The notes: generated from the sequence alone by a model not told the origin. DNA of 64,000 bases from Glycera tridactyla (GCA_965644265.1 OZ286476.1:8370001-8434000); one strand, 5' to 3'. Shown: positions 27,291 to 40,400, numbered from the stretch's first letter. A program made the numbers and translations.

Positions 27291-29595
27291 TAATAATATA
27301 TGTCAGGATAAGAGGAAAAAATAATAATGCAGAAAATCTTCTCATGGTTCGGGTCCACAGTTTGGGTTCCCAGGGGGACCAGCACACCGACAATGGAGGC
27401 GCGGGCCAACCCCTCGATAATGGTGAGAGAGACAAGTGAGTGAGACAAAGAGGCAGACAACAATGCAAGAGATAGGAAGAGCGCGATATAGATAGGTGAA
27501 AATACACGTCATCTCCTAGCTCAAATCCGCTGCTCTCTGTCAAATCCAAATGTGGCGAGATTATCACACATGAATGGTTTCGAGGAAGTTTACATCATCA
27601 TTGCATGACAGATCTGATGGGGATATTGCCGCCACACTCACCGTGAAATCAACATAATTGGTATTTCATGGTGGAATATACAAGGAAACTTAGCCAAGTT
27701 CACATACTTAGTCACCGGAGATATCGTGATGCTAGAGCAATGAACGTTCCAGCCATGATCAAACTCGACAGATTTCACGAGTTATCCATCCCATTACAGT
27801 TGGCATGGGAACCGTGACAATGACTGACACACGACTGGGGAATACGAATGATTTTTCTCGTTTAATACGATCATCAATTTCAAACAATTTGTTCGTCGGC
27901 GAAAATGATTGCCATCGACGGAATTGTTTTGTGTTCAAGTTCTCTAGTTCAGGGTATGCATTTTAAATATTAGAACAAGAGCAATCAACAAATTGGAATG
28001 ATTCCTGGGATTGGACCTCGACTGCATTCTTTACAGTCTTCATATCACTCGGCAATTTTCTTTATTACGTGGTTGGTTGAAACCTCCGACCGAAAGGTAC
28101 CATTTTGGCCCATCTCTACTTGGAAAGGTTGTAGGTTTGTTTGAATGTTTCGACTGATTTCAGAGAGTTTCATATGAAATCTAATCAATATGGTCTAAGC
28201 GACATTCCGAAGATGTATATTTTTTTCACCAGGAAATAAATCCAGAGGAGATGGCACTAGCATGTATAGTAACGGACTTGCTATCTTCGATAGCTTCATT
28301 ATGATGATTGGGGACCCAAGGTTCCATGTGAAGATGTATGGGAAAGGGTAGAAATTAGAAGGACACAAGCACCACTCTGTTAAGATCAGAGAGGGACTAC
28401 GGGCCTGGTCCGGACAATGTAGCGCCCACCTGACAGGAAATTTCGAAGGAAGGCAATGTATTACCTATATAATCCATGAGAAGATGTCCTCGTGTGCCCT
28501 TTTATCAAAACAGGACGCCATGACCCTTAAACCACCCAGGGGATGAAGTCCGCTTTGAATCCCCCTTGAATTTCGTGAAATAGCATCATTGCATGATCTA
28601 GTTGAACATCTTTAGGTACTATAATGATAATGAATATAAATCTCAGGCATCGCTGTAAGGCTTCCGTGTCAGTTGAAAACCAGTTACATAGTGAGATATG
28701 CCACCAACGGGTTCATCCGCTATTTGTCACGTATGTAGAGGTGTATCTGAACTGACGGCTACTCGCCCTTGACGACCTCTTATTTCTCTCATCATGTATC
28801 CAGAGTTCGCGAGAAAGCTTGCACTTGCCATGAATCTTGAATCTGGGGCATAATGATACGCGCTGATACCTGTCATCAAGGTCCGACCAACCAATCAATT
28901 ATCCCCCACTGTGACCTGGAAATTTGAGATAGCCGCCTCTGTATCATTTTCGCCCTGAGAAGACTCTTTTGTAGAGACACACATAGAACTGCCATGGCTC
29001 TCCCTGACAAACAAGGGCAAGGTCCCATGAAGGTCAATTCCCCTCATTTCTGACCTACCCTATCTGATGCAAAATATACAGGCTGTTCCACTCATCAGGG
29101 AAATGAGGATTGACCTTCAGCATGTAGCTATGTTGTCACCTTCCACAAAAATCATAGGACCTCAACACATGGGACAATAGTCTGTGTTGATGTAAGAGAA
29201 GTTTCCATGGAAACCTGCAAAAATGCTAAATTTGGACAATTTCCAGCTCACCAGATCAAGAAAACTTTCATCAACAATTTGGGCCCTATGGTTTCATTTT
29301 AGGGCTGTGTGGATTTTGTACTAATATGAAATCGGTTCTCATGTGGAGGGGCAGGAACGGCCTGTACGAATTGAAAAAAACTTGATTTTTTTAACCATTT
29401 TTGGTCATTTGTCCTCGGTTACCATAGCAACCATGAAGCAAAGAATATAAAAGTCTTTCAAAAATATTCTTGTAAGTCAAATACTATGATGGCATCATTC
29501 GGTCATGTGTCAGCGATAACTATCGTTAGCGACCACCTGAGCAATACAGACGGCCTGTAGAACGAATGTCTTTCAGTTACCTGGCAAATGACTAG

Positions 29596-29974
29596 TGTGA
29601 GGGGACTAGGAACGATTCTCTCTTTGCAGGCAGAGGATCAACGACGTTTTCAAAATCCAAGATACAGCTTTATTTCCCCATGAATACAGCAAAGTACAAC
29701 TATGTACAGCGGCTATGGGGGAAGGCCAGGAGAGCTTCAGAACTGACTTCATGAAGTCCAACCACTCAATGAGTCCTCAGTAGAGCTCCAAAGCTCCCAC
29801 CTTCTATCACAGTCGTATATATAGTAAGATGTCGACCAGTTCACATAGGTAGTTCACGCACCCTTCTTTCATGAAATCTCGCATAATAACATGAACAACA
29901 TGTTTTCAGTTACGACTCACTATCATGCGTCAAGGTCAAGGTCACGACCTTGACTCATGTGTACCATCCACACA
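29596..29974 (-). mobile_element. Possible solo LTR
   Basis: Minus strand starts TGTG, has a TATATATA box then AATAAA, and ends CACA; ~380 bp; no matching TSD, PBS or PPT seen. Confidence 0.35.
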
Positions 29975-32934
29975 AAGGAAAAACTTGCATAAGACAGTTG
30001 GATAAATAGAATCAGACAGGAGAAGTCGTTAAGGTGAACAATACGTCTGCTCATATGATGTATGTCACAGTAGAATTTGGGCGCTCACGTTTTATCTAAC
30101 CCCTGATATCCCACATCCCACCATCGAACATCATCTTTTTCGTATATCGAGAATTAGGCGTTGAGACACGCATTTTGTACGTATATGTCAACAGAGTAGT
30201 GAATTTTATTTTTCGGCCTAATATCAGATGGTTACCATGGCNNNNNNNNNNNNNNNNNNNNNNNNNNNNNNNNNNNNNNNNNNNNNNNNNNNNNNNNNNN
30301 NNNNNNNNNNNNNNNNNNNNNNNNNNNNNNNNNNNNNNNNNNNNNNNNNNNNNNNNNNNNNNNNNNNNNNNNNNNNNNNNNNNNNNNNNNNNNNNNNNNN
30401 NNNNNNNNNNNNNNNNNNNNNNNNNNNNNNNNNNNNNNNNNNNNNNNNNNNNNNNNNNNNNNNNNNNNNNNNNNNNNNNNNNNNNNNNNNNNNNNNNNNN
30501 NNNNNNNNNNNNNNNNNNNNNNNNNNNNNNNNNNNNNNNNNNNNNNNNNNNNNNNNNNNNNNNNNNNNNNNNNNNNNNNNNNNNNNNNNNNNNNNNNNNN
30601 NNNNNNNNNNNNNNNNNNNNNNNNNNNNNNNNNNNNNNNNNNNNNNNNNNNNNNNNNNNNNNNNNNNNNNNNNNNNNNNNNNNNNNNNNNNNNNNNNNNN
30701 NNNNNNNNNNNNNNNNNNNNNNNNNNNNNNNNNNNNNNNNNNNNNNNNNNNNNNNNNNNNNNNNNNNNNNNNNNNNNNNNNNNNNNNNNNNNNNNNNNNN
30801 NNNNNNNNNNNNNNNNNNNNNNNNNNNNNNNNNNNNNNNNNNNNNNNNNNNNNNNNNNNNNNNNNNNNNNNNNNNNNNNNNNNNNNNNNNNNNNNNNNNN
30901 NNNNNNNNNNNNNNNNNNNNNNNNNNNNNNNNNNNNNTCTTTCTGTCTGTCTTTCTATCAATTGGTCTGTCTGCCTCTCCATCTGTTTGTATGTCTGTAT
31001 GTTTGTTTGTCCGTCTGCATATCTGCCAAATACCAATTGTATTTTCATGATAAGACCAGACTGAAAATGTGACCTAGGGTGCCAATGTATACTGTAAATG
31101 TCCATCTGGAGGGAGGTGACTGGATGAAGTAGTCTTTTGAATGATTCCATCAATTGGATCGGCATCTCGTTCAAATTTGTATCATACTCGATTGCACCGA
31201 TTAAAATTGAACAAATCCTCCATTTGTGCCTCATCTTCTTGAAAATGTCTTGCAAATTTACGCGTGAGTACAACAACGAGTTGGTGATGTGAGAAGTTGA
31301 ATTCTGCACCATCCGGCTAGTATATACCACTGAGAAACCATCATATGAGATGAAAGAAGTTTGTTTTAGTATTTACGAATATAAACAGATTGGATCTAGC
31401 ACATGCGAGGGGGCTCCCACATGAACGACAGGCTTTATGAGATGTCAAGCTTTAATGGCTGGCGTGTCCTCCCATGTGTCCCAAGTGATCAGGAAAGGTT
31501 CAGTCACACGGTCATGTTCCTATACTGGCTACATGGCAAGTTGATTGCCATGCCACATTTGACCAACTTTTTATGGGATTGTTACCATCAAGTTCACATT
31601 GCAATTTGTGTGCAGTGATTCCATGATTGTGAAATGGTAGATGTATGGGGGACCCATTGAATTTCAAGTTCGCCAGGCTTCAATACTGCGAGGAACGAAC
31701 CAAATCGATTCCTACAGATACATTATAACAACACCTTATTGAACAATATGCATGAAACATGATGTTTCAGTGACATATCAAATGACTCAAGTGAGATAAC
31801 ATGAAATGATCCTCGCAAGAAAGCATATTTCCATTGAGTATTCAGCCGATGATCGGCTTTCAACCACACAAATGATACAAATAGGAGCATAAAAACATGA
31901 CCAATAACATATATGAATATGAATGTTTCATAGACATATCATATACCACGAATAGAGATGAAATAGAATATGAAATCTTGTTTCATCCTCGCAAAAATAA
32001 TATGTCCATTGCTCATAATTTTTCGAGTGTATGTGATTTTGCATCGTTAGAGAACACATCGCAATATCATCGGTTGATTGTGATGTCATCAATTGTTCAT
32101 AGTTATTGTTCAATACCTTCCACTATGTGTCAACAATCCTGTTCTGGATGAATACACATTTGTATGTATGTCACGTGAGAAAATATCCTAAGAGTGACAG
32201 GGTCTCAACGTCTAACCAAACAAGCATGGTCCCTTGTAAGACACGTATAATTGTAAAGAAGGGTTAATAGACAGGGTTACGGATCAATATCTGAGGGAAA
32301 AATTAGTATTGTTTGTATATACATGGAGGCCATAAAACGAGACGTGCCTTGCATGAGGATGCTAATGAATATCATCACATCAACAACAAAGGATTGATGC
32401 AAGGGCCCTCGCCATAACAGAAAATGCATAAGACATTCTCCAAAAATCATTATTCGTATCACATCTCATGTTCTCTCTGCTTTTGTTGACCAAAATATAT
32501 TCGGCACTGCATCACATCTGTAGTTTCTCAGCTATATAATTTACATACGCACTGCATATACATATCTGTGTATCACTTGTTTTCTTTCTGTCCAATATGA
32601 GATTTGAACGAACCAAGTTACATTTCTGATGTTTTTGAATTCCCAGGGGCTATCACTATGCATTTACCGACAATAGTACAATTTCATTGAATTTCTTGTC
32701 ATTGGATCTCCCCTGTCCCTCAAAAGATTTACGTCAATCCATCTGGGGAATCGTGTGATGTGTAGGTGGCTTGCAGTTTTTCGTCATTCATCTTTTGGTG
32801 TATTGGGTTATGATGAATGTTTCTATGTTCACCTTATGCTGAGGGTTCAGAGGCATGCGTCTCTCTCTCTCTCTTTCTCTCTCTCCCTCTCTCCCTCTCT
32901 CCCTCTCTCTATCTCTCTCGCTATATACATATAT

Positions 32935-32946
32935 ATACATTGGACG

Positions 32947-32990
<44 letters not shown>

Positions 32991-33006
32991 TTGTCGTCCA
33001 ATGTAT
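32935..33006. repeat. 17-bp perfect inverted repeat enclosing an (AT)n tract
   Basis: ATACATTGGACGACAAC ... (AT)n ... GTTGTCGTCCAATGTAT. Confidence 0.9.
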
Positions 33007-34049
33007 TATTCATTTACAACACTCACGTTTCTTATTCATTTCTCTGTTTACAGGGGGAAGACACAGATAAATCAGGTGAGACACGTTCCTTCGAGTACCG
33101 TAGTCGAGTGAATCTTTATTTGCAATCAGAATGTGCATGCCAACTACTCGCTTCTGCACTTGGATCAGCTGCAGGAGAGGGGAGATGAAGGGGGTGGGAG
33201 CAGAAAAAAGACATTTGAGATGATCCATTGAAAGGGTGTAAAACTGGCCAGTAAATCTATTGGTTGATTGAGTACCTTGAAGGTCATCTGGTTGCAGATT
33301 ATGCTACAGTGGGCGTCATCGGTAATAGCCTCTTTATAGTATTATTAAGCTACAGACAGATGGGTGGTTGAGAACAGGCATATTGTTGTGCCGGCGGTTT
33401 TCGATGCTGATATCGATTATGATAAAATCATAGCTATAGTTTCCAGGTCATCATCATAGATAAATGTTGTGGAGGCATGCATATTCTAGACGAAGTACGT
33501 ATGATTTCTTGTTAGTTTAGAATCAAGAAAAATATCAACATACTAAAACTAGATGTCGATCAATCTTGTCTTGTAGACCACATTTTTTTTCCACAAGCGC
33601 AGATTTGCAACCAATACTATGGCAACAACAAATTTCATCGAAATAATCCTTTCTCTGTCATTTATACCGAGGTTAGTGCCATTATAGAAATAGCCAGATC
33701 TGTCTTTTTCCCATCATAGATTTCTGACTGTGCTTCGGAAGGCCACTGGTACTTCATAAGGCTACTGACACATTTTCAACTTCCACATCCAGAATCATGA
33801 ATTTCACTGAACTTTTATTGCATCGATGGGATCATACCCCACCAACCTGAAAAGTGTTTCAGAAGTCAACTTCGAGAATGTCCATATCGAATTTGTTTGA
33901 GATGATGCAGTAATGGCCCTGCGGTGGGCCCTAATGGGGGGAATCCATTGGATTATTTGATCTGAGGTGGCAAGTGCCAAGAGTGTCCTGGCATCAGCCC
34001 TCGGCTAATGCTATCGCCAATGAAACGATCGCTGATCTCTCAATGAAAC

Positions 34050-34055
34050 CATGCG
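34050..34055 (+). other. Left 6-bp target-site duplication CATGCG
   Basis: Identical to 63347-63352; a 6-bp TSD is the Polinton norm. Confidence 0.95.
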
Positions 34056-34196
34056 AGTAGTACTATGTACAGATATAGCTTGATTTATGGCTTGACCGCT
34101 ATGATCGCTGCTGGATAGTTCGAGATTTGTCCACCAGGTGGCGGGATTTTATTTTTTTATTTGGTGTTGAATCAGTGGCGGATGGCGGAGGAAGTA
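34056..34196 (+). repeat. Left terminal inverted repeat (141 bp)
   Basis: AGTAGTACTATGTACAGATATAGC...GGCGGAGGAAGTA; exact reverse complement of 63206-63346 by base-by-base comparison. Confidence 0.97.
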
Positions 34197-34371
34197 CCGC
34201 CAGATTTAACTGCCGTTAGGTGGCAGGTGTTGGAATGAGATGGTGTGAGTCTTGATGGATGGGTGGTGGTGGGGTGGGGTGTGGGGAGGGGGAATTTTTT
34301 CTTGGGTTGGGAGGGTGTGAGACAGGTGATGGGGGGAAGGGAGGAAAGATGGGCTGGGTGGGGATGGGGCT

Positions 34372-34428
34372 GAGGCAGGTGGTCGGGAGGCAGGTGGTTA
34401 GGAGGCAGGTGGTTGGGAGGCAGGTGTT
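34372..34428 (+). repeat. Subterminal 15-bp tandem repeat x4 (GAGGCAGGTGGTYRG)
   Basis: Units start at 34372, 34387, 34402 and 34417 in a G-rich tract. Confidence 0.9.
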
Positions 34429-34739
34429 GTGATGAATGGGAGGGAGGGTGAAGAATATAGGAAGAGGATGGGTAAAAAATTGTATTGTTTGCATATTCCA
34501 TCCGCCAATCCATTGTCCTATGTTTTCGCGCCACGATGAATGACTGGTGAAGAGGTGATGTTGTTTCAATGACTGATGGGATTGAAATGAGATGATTAAT
34601 GAAAGAGAGAGCTCCTATCACGTGGTCAGTCAAGAGGGATTAATATCGTCATAATTCAAATGATGCACATGATGGTAGCCAATGAGATCCTTGTATATGA
34701 CTGAAATATAGAGATATCGCCCTGATGATTCCTCATTCA

Positions 34740-34747
34740 TATATAAG
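34740..34747 (+). promoter_or_regulatory. Putative TATA box of the left-end gene
   Basis: TATATAAG ~70 bp upstream of ATG 34812 (context GCCATGA); CACGTG E-box at 34619-34624. Confidence 0.5.
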
Positions 34748-34811
34748 GTGAAAACACATTATAACTGCACAGAATGATTAAGATCATTACTTCCTTTTTT
34801 ATCTTGTTGCC

Positions 34812-36448
34812 ATGACTGAAGATTTGGAGAAATATTGGGATTCTTTCTTTAGCGAGAAGTTTACACAAGAGGAAGCGGAGGAGTCCCAAAACCAACTCAA
34901 GGATAGCGAGGAAAGTGACGAACCCTTTCCCAAATTCACCTTATACACCCCATCTGACAATATAAATAATCGCCAAAAACGACGGATAAACAATCCTGGA
35001 GAAGAAACATTGAACATTCCGAAAAAGCGAGCTATACTTCACAGGGAAGGACTTAATAAGAAGATAGCTGAAACCAACTATTCACCTCAATTTTACGAAT
35101 ATACTGAATCCATAATTCCTCCTTCTCAGACTCCTGTGAGGAAAACTATTGGACATTCTGTTGATAATATTGATCAACCTCTCGATTTGAGTATGCGGAA
35201 ATCAAGGATGAGGATTGATTTGAATTCAGGTGATGAAAGTCATACAGTGTGGACCCGGGATTCTCCTCCCAAGACAGGTGAAGATTCTGATATGGAATCA
35301 GAAGATACAGACTATCTTTCATCACCCGTCATTGCTCCATCAACTCCAAATGGAAGAAAATATGTGTTCAAACCTTCATTTGCATTTGAAGGACACAATC
35401 CTGAAAATGATGGAATCGGGATTTATTATGGTAAGTTTTCCAATATTTGACTTTTCCCATGAAATCCACTTATTGATACTGATTCATGGATTAGGCTACT
35501 TGCCTTTGATTTCTAGACCTTGGTTGAGTCTGAGATAATAGATGAAGGGTGGATAGAAGAGTGAGAGTGAGTGTGAGTGTGAGAGAGTTAGAGTGAAGGA
35601 TTCGGGAGTGATGGGAAGTTCAATGGAAAGAGAGAGAGATGCACTCAGTCATTTCTCTGTAGATTGCCTTGGTGGAGTGAAATACTTGCTCCCTTTAATG
35701 TCAGCCTATATTTCAGGTATGTGATGTATAGAGGAGGTTCCTGTATGATTATGAGATTATTTCATGAATCAATTTTTTTATGCTTTCAGAAGAGGGAATC
35801 CTGTATATGGAAGTTGGCATAGATCGGATTGTACGTTTTACCTGTCGCAAACCAACGGAGATTGAATGCATGCGCCAAATACCATATGATGGGGCACCAG
35901 AGGATCATAAAATTGTTGTATCTCTGCAGCGGTGGTATAGAATGTCTAAGCTTCAGGATCATGTGAAAGAAGCTGTGGAGCAAATAATTGGAGATAATCC
36001 TGTGGAGACGAAATTACATCTTGGTGGTCTGCTATATTTGCAGGTCAGCTCAAAGTATCAGAATGTCCAAATAAGACAATATTCCATCCCAAACAACAAC
36101 AACAACAGAAAAATGTATGCTTCCAAGTTTGGTGTAGCTATGAGTATACCTGAGTATGCCTATTTTGCATCAATGTTACCAAAGTTCAATGAGAGAAATA
36201 TTGCATTCAATTGTTTCAAACCTTGTTATGAGGAGGATGCTCATGATGAAAATTGTTTGGAGTGTTATCCAAATAAAAAACCCAACCGGGTTATTGGGAA
36301 CAAGGAGCCTAATGGAGGTGGTCGGAGGTTTTTGAAAATTGGGGTTGGTGAAAAACTGTTTCCCAATCCTGCAGGGACACCATCATTGCTTCATTCTCGC
36401 CATATGTTCAAATTAGGCGAGGTTGATGGTGTCAATGTATATGACTGA
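34812..36448 (+). CDS. Two-exon protein (~425 aa): acidic disordered N-terminus with PLDLS motif plus PC4/Sub1-like domain; exons 34812-35430 and 35790-36448
   Basis: Donor G|GTAAGT at 35431 (phase 1) and acceptor TTTCAG at 35789 (phase 1) join the 212-aa and 222-aa ORFs in frame. KLHLGGLLYLQVSSKYQNVQIRQY...KFGVAMSIPEY resembles the PC4 pattern (YVSV...IDIREY...KGISL). Confidence 0.7.
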
Positions 36449-37483
36449 AAAAAAAGGAAGTAATCAGGAAGACCTTTGTTCCATAAAATTGTGTTTTATT
36501 CAACCAGAAACTCAATTGGACTTTTCAAACATTGATCAGATGAATAAGAATATATGGTCATATATCAAAATATAAAATTTGTGAACAATATTAGACNNNN
36601 NNNNNNNNNNNNNNNNNNNNNNNNNNNNNNNNNNNNNNNNNNNNNNNNNNNNNNNNNNNNNNNNNNNNNNNNNNNNNNNNNNNNNNNNNNNNNNNNNNNN
36701 NNNNNNNNNNNNNNNNNNNNNNNNNNNNNNNNNNNNNNNNNNNNNNNNNNNNNNNNNNNNNNGACAGATAGGTAGATATATATGGAAGGACAAAGATATA
36801 AAAAATATATAAATGGTGGTGGGTAGACATGTAGACAAGTAGGAATGAATATACGCATACATAAAGAAATATGTTGAACAATTTACTATCTATGGTTATG
36901 ATTGTAATTATGATTATGATATGACATCAAGAAAGGTATGGATTTATTAACATTTTTTGGTATAGTATGTAATGACATGATTAAATCCAAATGCATTGGT
37001 CTAATTCTCATGTAATTGACCTTTCATTCTCCCCCTGATTATGTATTATCAATATAGAGCATGGTGATAGTGTACAGCTTTGACTTTTCATTACCAAATC
37101 TTGATCTTTGCATGACATTATCCATGACTTGGTAATGAAATTTAGGACCTAGATAATATAACAGCATCTATCATCAAAAGAATAAATTGACAAGAAGAAT
37201 AGGTTGAATGAATGATTTCTATTTTCACTGAAATGTTTTTTTAATTATATTTTTTTCCAATTATAATTCAATCATGGAAACACTTTCAAGAAAACAAATG
37301 TAATAACTTGCATAACTGATAATACTCATTGAATGTGATGCAGAAAGAACAAATCATCATGCTAAAATTATTCAAACACAAACAAACAAACCATCCGTGA
37401 GTCTAGATATCAGTCTGATAGTGATTATATATTACTGGAAGTATAATTCACCCAATTTTCAACCTTATAAATCCAGAAGATTG

Positions 37484-40400
37484 TTAATCAGGATCAGAGC
37501 GTAGCCTGACAGTTCTGGGAGTAATAATCTTCTTTGTGATTTTCTTCAAATGAGTTGAGGCACTGTCATTGACATTTCGCGGGTTCATTTGAGCAATTGC
37601 TAAATCTGTGACAGATTTTTGGTGATGTTCTCTATTTTCACTGTTTTCTGTCAGTGAGGGAATGGAACACTGTTCCTGTTTTGAGATCATCATGATAGCT
37701 TCACTGTCTTCAGTCAATGAGGGGCTTGGACATTGTTCCTCTTTTGAAATCATGAGAGGAGATTCATTCTCTTCACTGATTGAAGGCAAGGAGACCTGAA
37801 GTTGCTGTGAAGTCATCATGATGTCCCCCTGTGAGACTTTGTTTGAGTGATCAGGAACAGGAGAAGAAGAAGGTGAAATCATTGGGCAGTCAGCAAATCG
37901 ATTTGAGGATGACATCATCAGGCTCTCATCAGAGGTCTGCTCAGAGTGATGAGGAGGGGGGATGGAGATGGATATCATTGGGCAAACAGCAAATGGGTTA
38001 GTGGATGATATCATCATGCTCTCATGAGAGGTCTGACTTGAATGGTGATGAGGTGGTGGGGTGAGAGAAAACATTGGGTATTCAGCAAATGATCTTGAAC
38101 ATGAAATTTCATCAGGACAATTGGTTTGAGATGATGAAATCTCAGGTGAATATTCATTAATTTTCCCTGAATAATATTCATTCTTGAAAGTTGTTGATGA
38201 AGAGGATGAAATTGACTGTTTCAGTGATAAAGACTGATGAGATGAATCCATGTTTTTTGGATTGTTTGATGATTTATTTGGAATATCAGTACTTGTATGA
38301 TCATTCACTTCTGACCCATTCAGAGATGAAGGAGAAGACTTTGTCTTACTTTTACCATGGGTGGTATTTAGCCTATATCTGATCAACTCATCAATTTCAT
38401 CAAATTCCTGTTCACTTGTCTTGGTATGAATATCTGCCTTGACTGTAACTTGATTTCCAGCAAATGAGGACTGGGATAAAATTTCCTCAATGGAGGTAAT
38501 GAGTTCATCAGGATTCATATCTGATTTGTCTTCACAAGTAGCAACTGTTTTTTGAGCTGAGGGATGATTAGAAGGTGGACGGGGAGGGTGATGGGAAGGT
38601 GGAGGTGGAGTTGGAGAGGGAGAGTTTGTAGAAAGGGAAGAAGGAGATTTTCCACAGGTATTGTTCAAACTGAAAAATCTTGTGGACACTGATTTAGAAA
38701 CAGTGGCATTGTACGGAGTTGAGTGAATTGCTGGATTGAAACCTGACAGTTCCATTTCTTTTTTTTTCTGAGATTGATGAGCAGAATCTTTATGTGCAAT
38801 ACATGAGAGACTAGTATCAGGATGACTCATCATCATTTGATTGGAACAATTTTGAATAGACTTGGAAACATGAGGTTGCTGAGACATGAATTGAGAATCC
38901 CTCAATGAGGAAATGCATTCCTCTTTTGATGCTGTCAGATTTGCTGTTTGATATCCATCTTGATGTGAATCACCTGATGCTTGATCCAGCCCACCTGTTG
39001 CTTCATTATGATCACCTAATGCTTGTCCATCTGTTGCTTGTCTTAGAACAATGCCATGTTGATCACCATTTGACTGGAAGATAGACATAATAAAAGAAAT
39101 AATTTTCTATTGTTCAGTGTCATATTTTTACATGAAATATTCTGTATGTACTATGATTAGGTGGAATGATTGAATGATTTTCAGAGAATCTGAGAAAGAG
39201 AGGGATGATAAAATGATTTGGTTGAATGATTGAATGAATGATTGATTGAATGATTGAATGATTGATTGATTGAATGATTGATTGATTGATTGATTGATTG
39301 AATGAATGAGTGACATAATGAGAGAATGTGCAGGCAGAGCAAGTAACAGAAACAGAGATGACAATGAACAGGAAAAGACAGAAGTATATATAAAGGGNNN
39401 NNNNNNNNNNNNNNNNNNNNNNNNNNNNNNNNNNNNNNNNNNNNNNNNNNNNNNNNNNNNNNNNNNNNNNNNNNNNNNNNNNNNNNNNNNNNNNNNNNNN
39501 NNNNNNNNNNNNNNNNNNNNNNNNNNNNNNNNNNNNNNNNNNNNNNNNNNNNNNNNNNNNNNNNNNNNNNNACAGACAGTCTGAGAAACAGATGAGAAGT
39601 GGTAGACATGCAGACATTTTGATAACATCAGTCTCACCCTGTTTGAGGCTTGTGGATGAGGTTGAAGTCCATTTCCATCCAACACAGACCTCACTAAGGC
39701 ACAAGTGTTATTTATCTCACTGGATGATATGGCAAAGATTGGATTGGGATTCACCACAGTCCGGATAGATTCTCCATTAGATTCATGTTGAGCAGCAGAG
39801 GATTGGTCATGTTGAGGATTCCCTTGGGGATGTACATTTCCTAGCTCAATGTCAACAGGCATATGACCAAATCTTGTTCGGATTGCATTCAGAAATCTTG
39901 TCCCTGAAAATAAAAAACAAACAAATTCTCATACTTCATTTCAACAAATACTCAATATCTTGACTGATGATCACCATAAAGATCATACCAGAAATCAATC
40001 AGATATCATGGTATCAGAATTTTCAATTCAATAATTTTAATGCTCTTTCCAGGCTCTTTTCTAATGCTCATTCATGAGATGAGAAGAAAAAAAAGGATCA
40101 AAATTGATGAATTCTTAACAATAAGCCAATATGATTTGATATACCCAGTGTTTTCCATGGTCTATTCATTTTTGTTATTGAGACTGAGAGACAGTGTGAG
40201 TGAGTATGTGAGTGTCAGTGAGTGTGATTGATGGCAGTGAGAGAATGAATGAATGGATGAATGAATGAATGGATGGAAAATGAATTGATAAGTGATTTAT
40301 TAGATTGAATGATGAATGATTGATTGATTGATTGATTGATAGATTTGTATAGGTTAGACTATCTGAGGAAAATATGAGAAAAGACTTTTGGAATTCTTAC

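Larger units (their letters stand above)
21545..28970 (+). repeat. Segmental repeat, copy C (with internal deletion of the minisatellite-proximal part)
   Basis: 21545-24920 matches 8590-11640; ~24990-28970 matches ~12840-16960. Confidence 0.8.

Noticed and set aside
30175-31330. Long ORFs across N-gaps, including the minus-strand MVYTSRMVQ... stretch
   Set aside because: Length comes from Ns; the real ~130 codons have no recognisable homology, so a host exon cannot be supported.
33580-34049. Decayed reading frame apparently continuing across the reconstructed empty site into 63353-63478
   Set aside because: The joined minus-strand frame has about 6 stops in ~200 codons and no recognisable motif; not clearly different from chance without a search.
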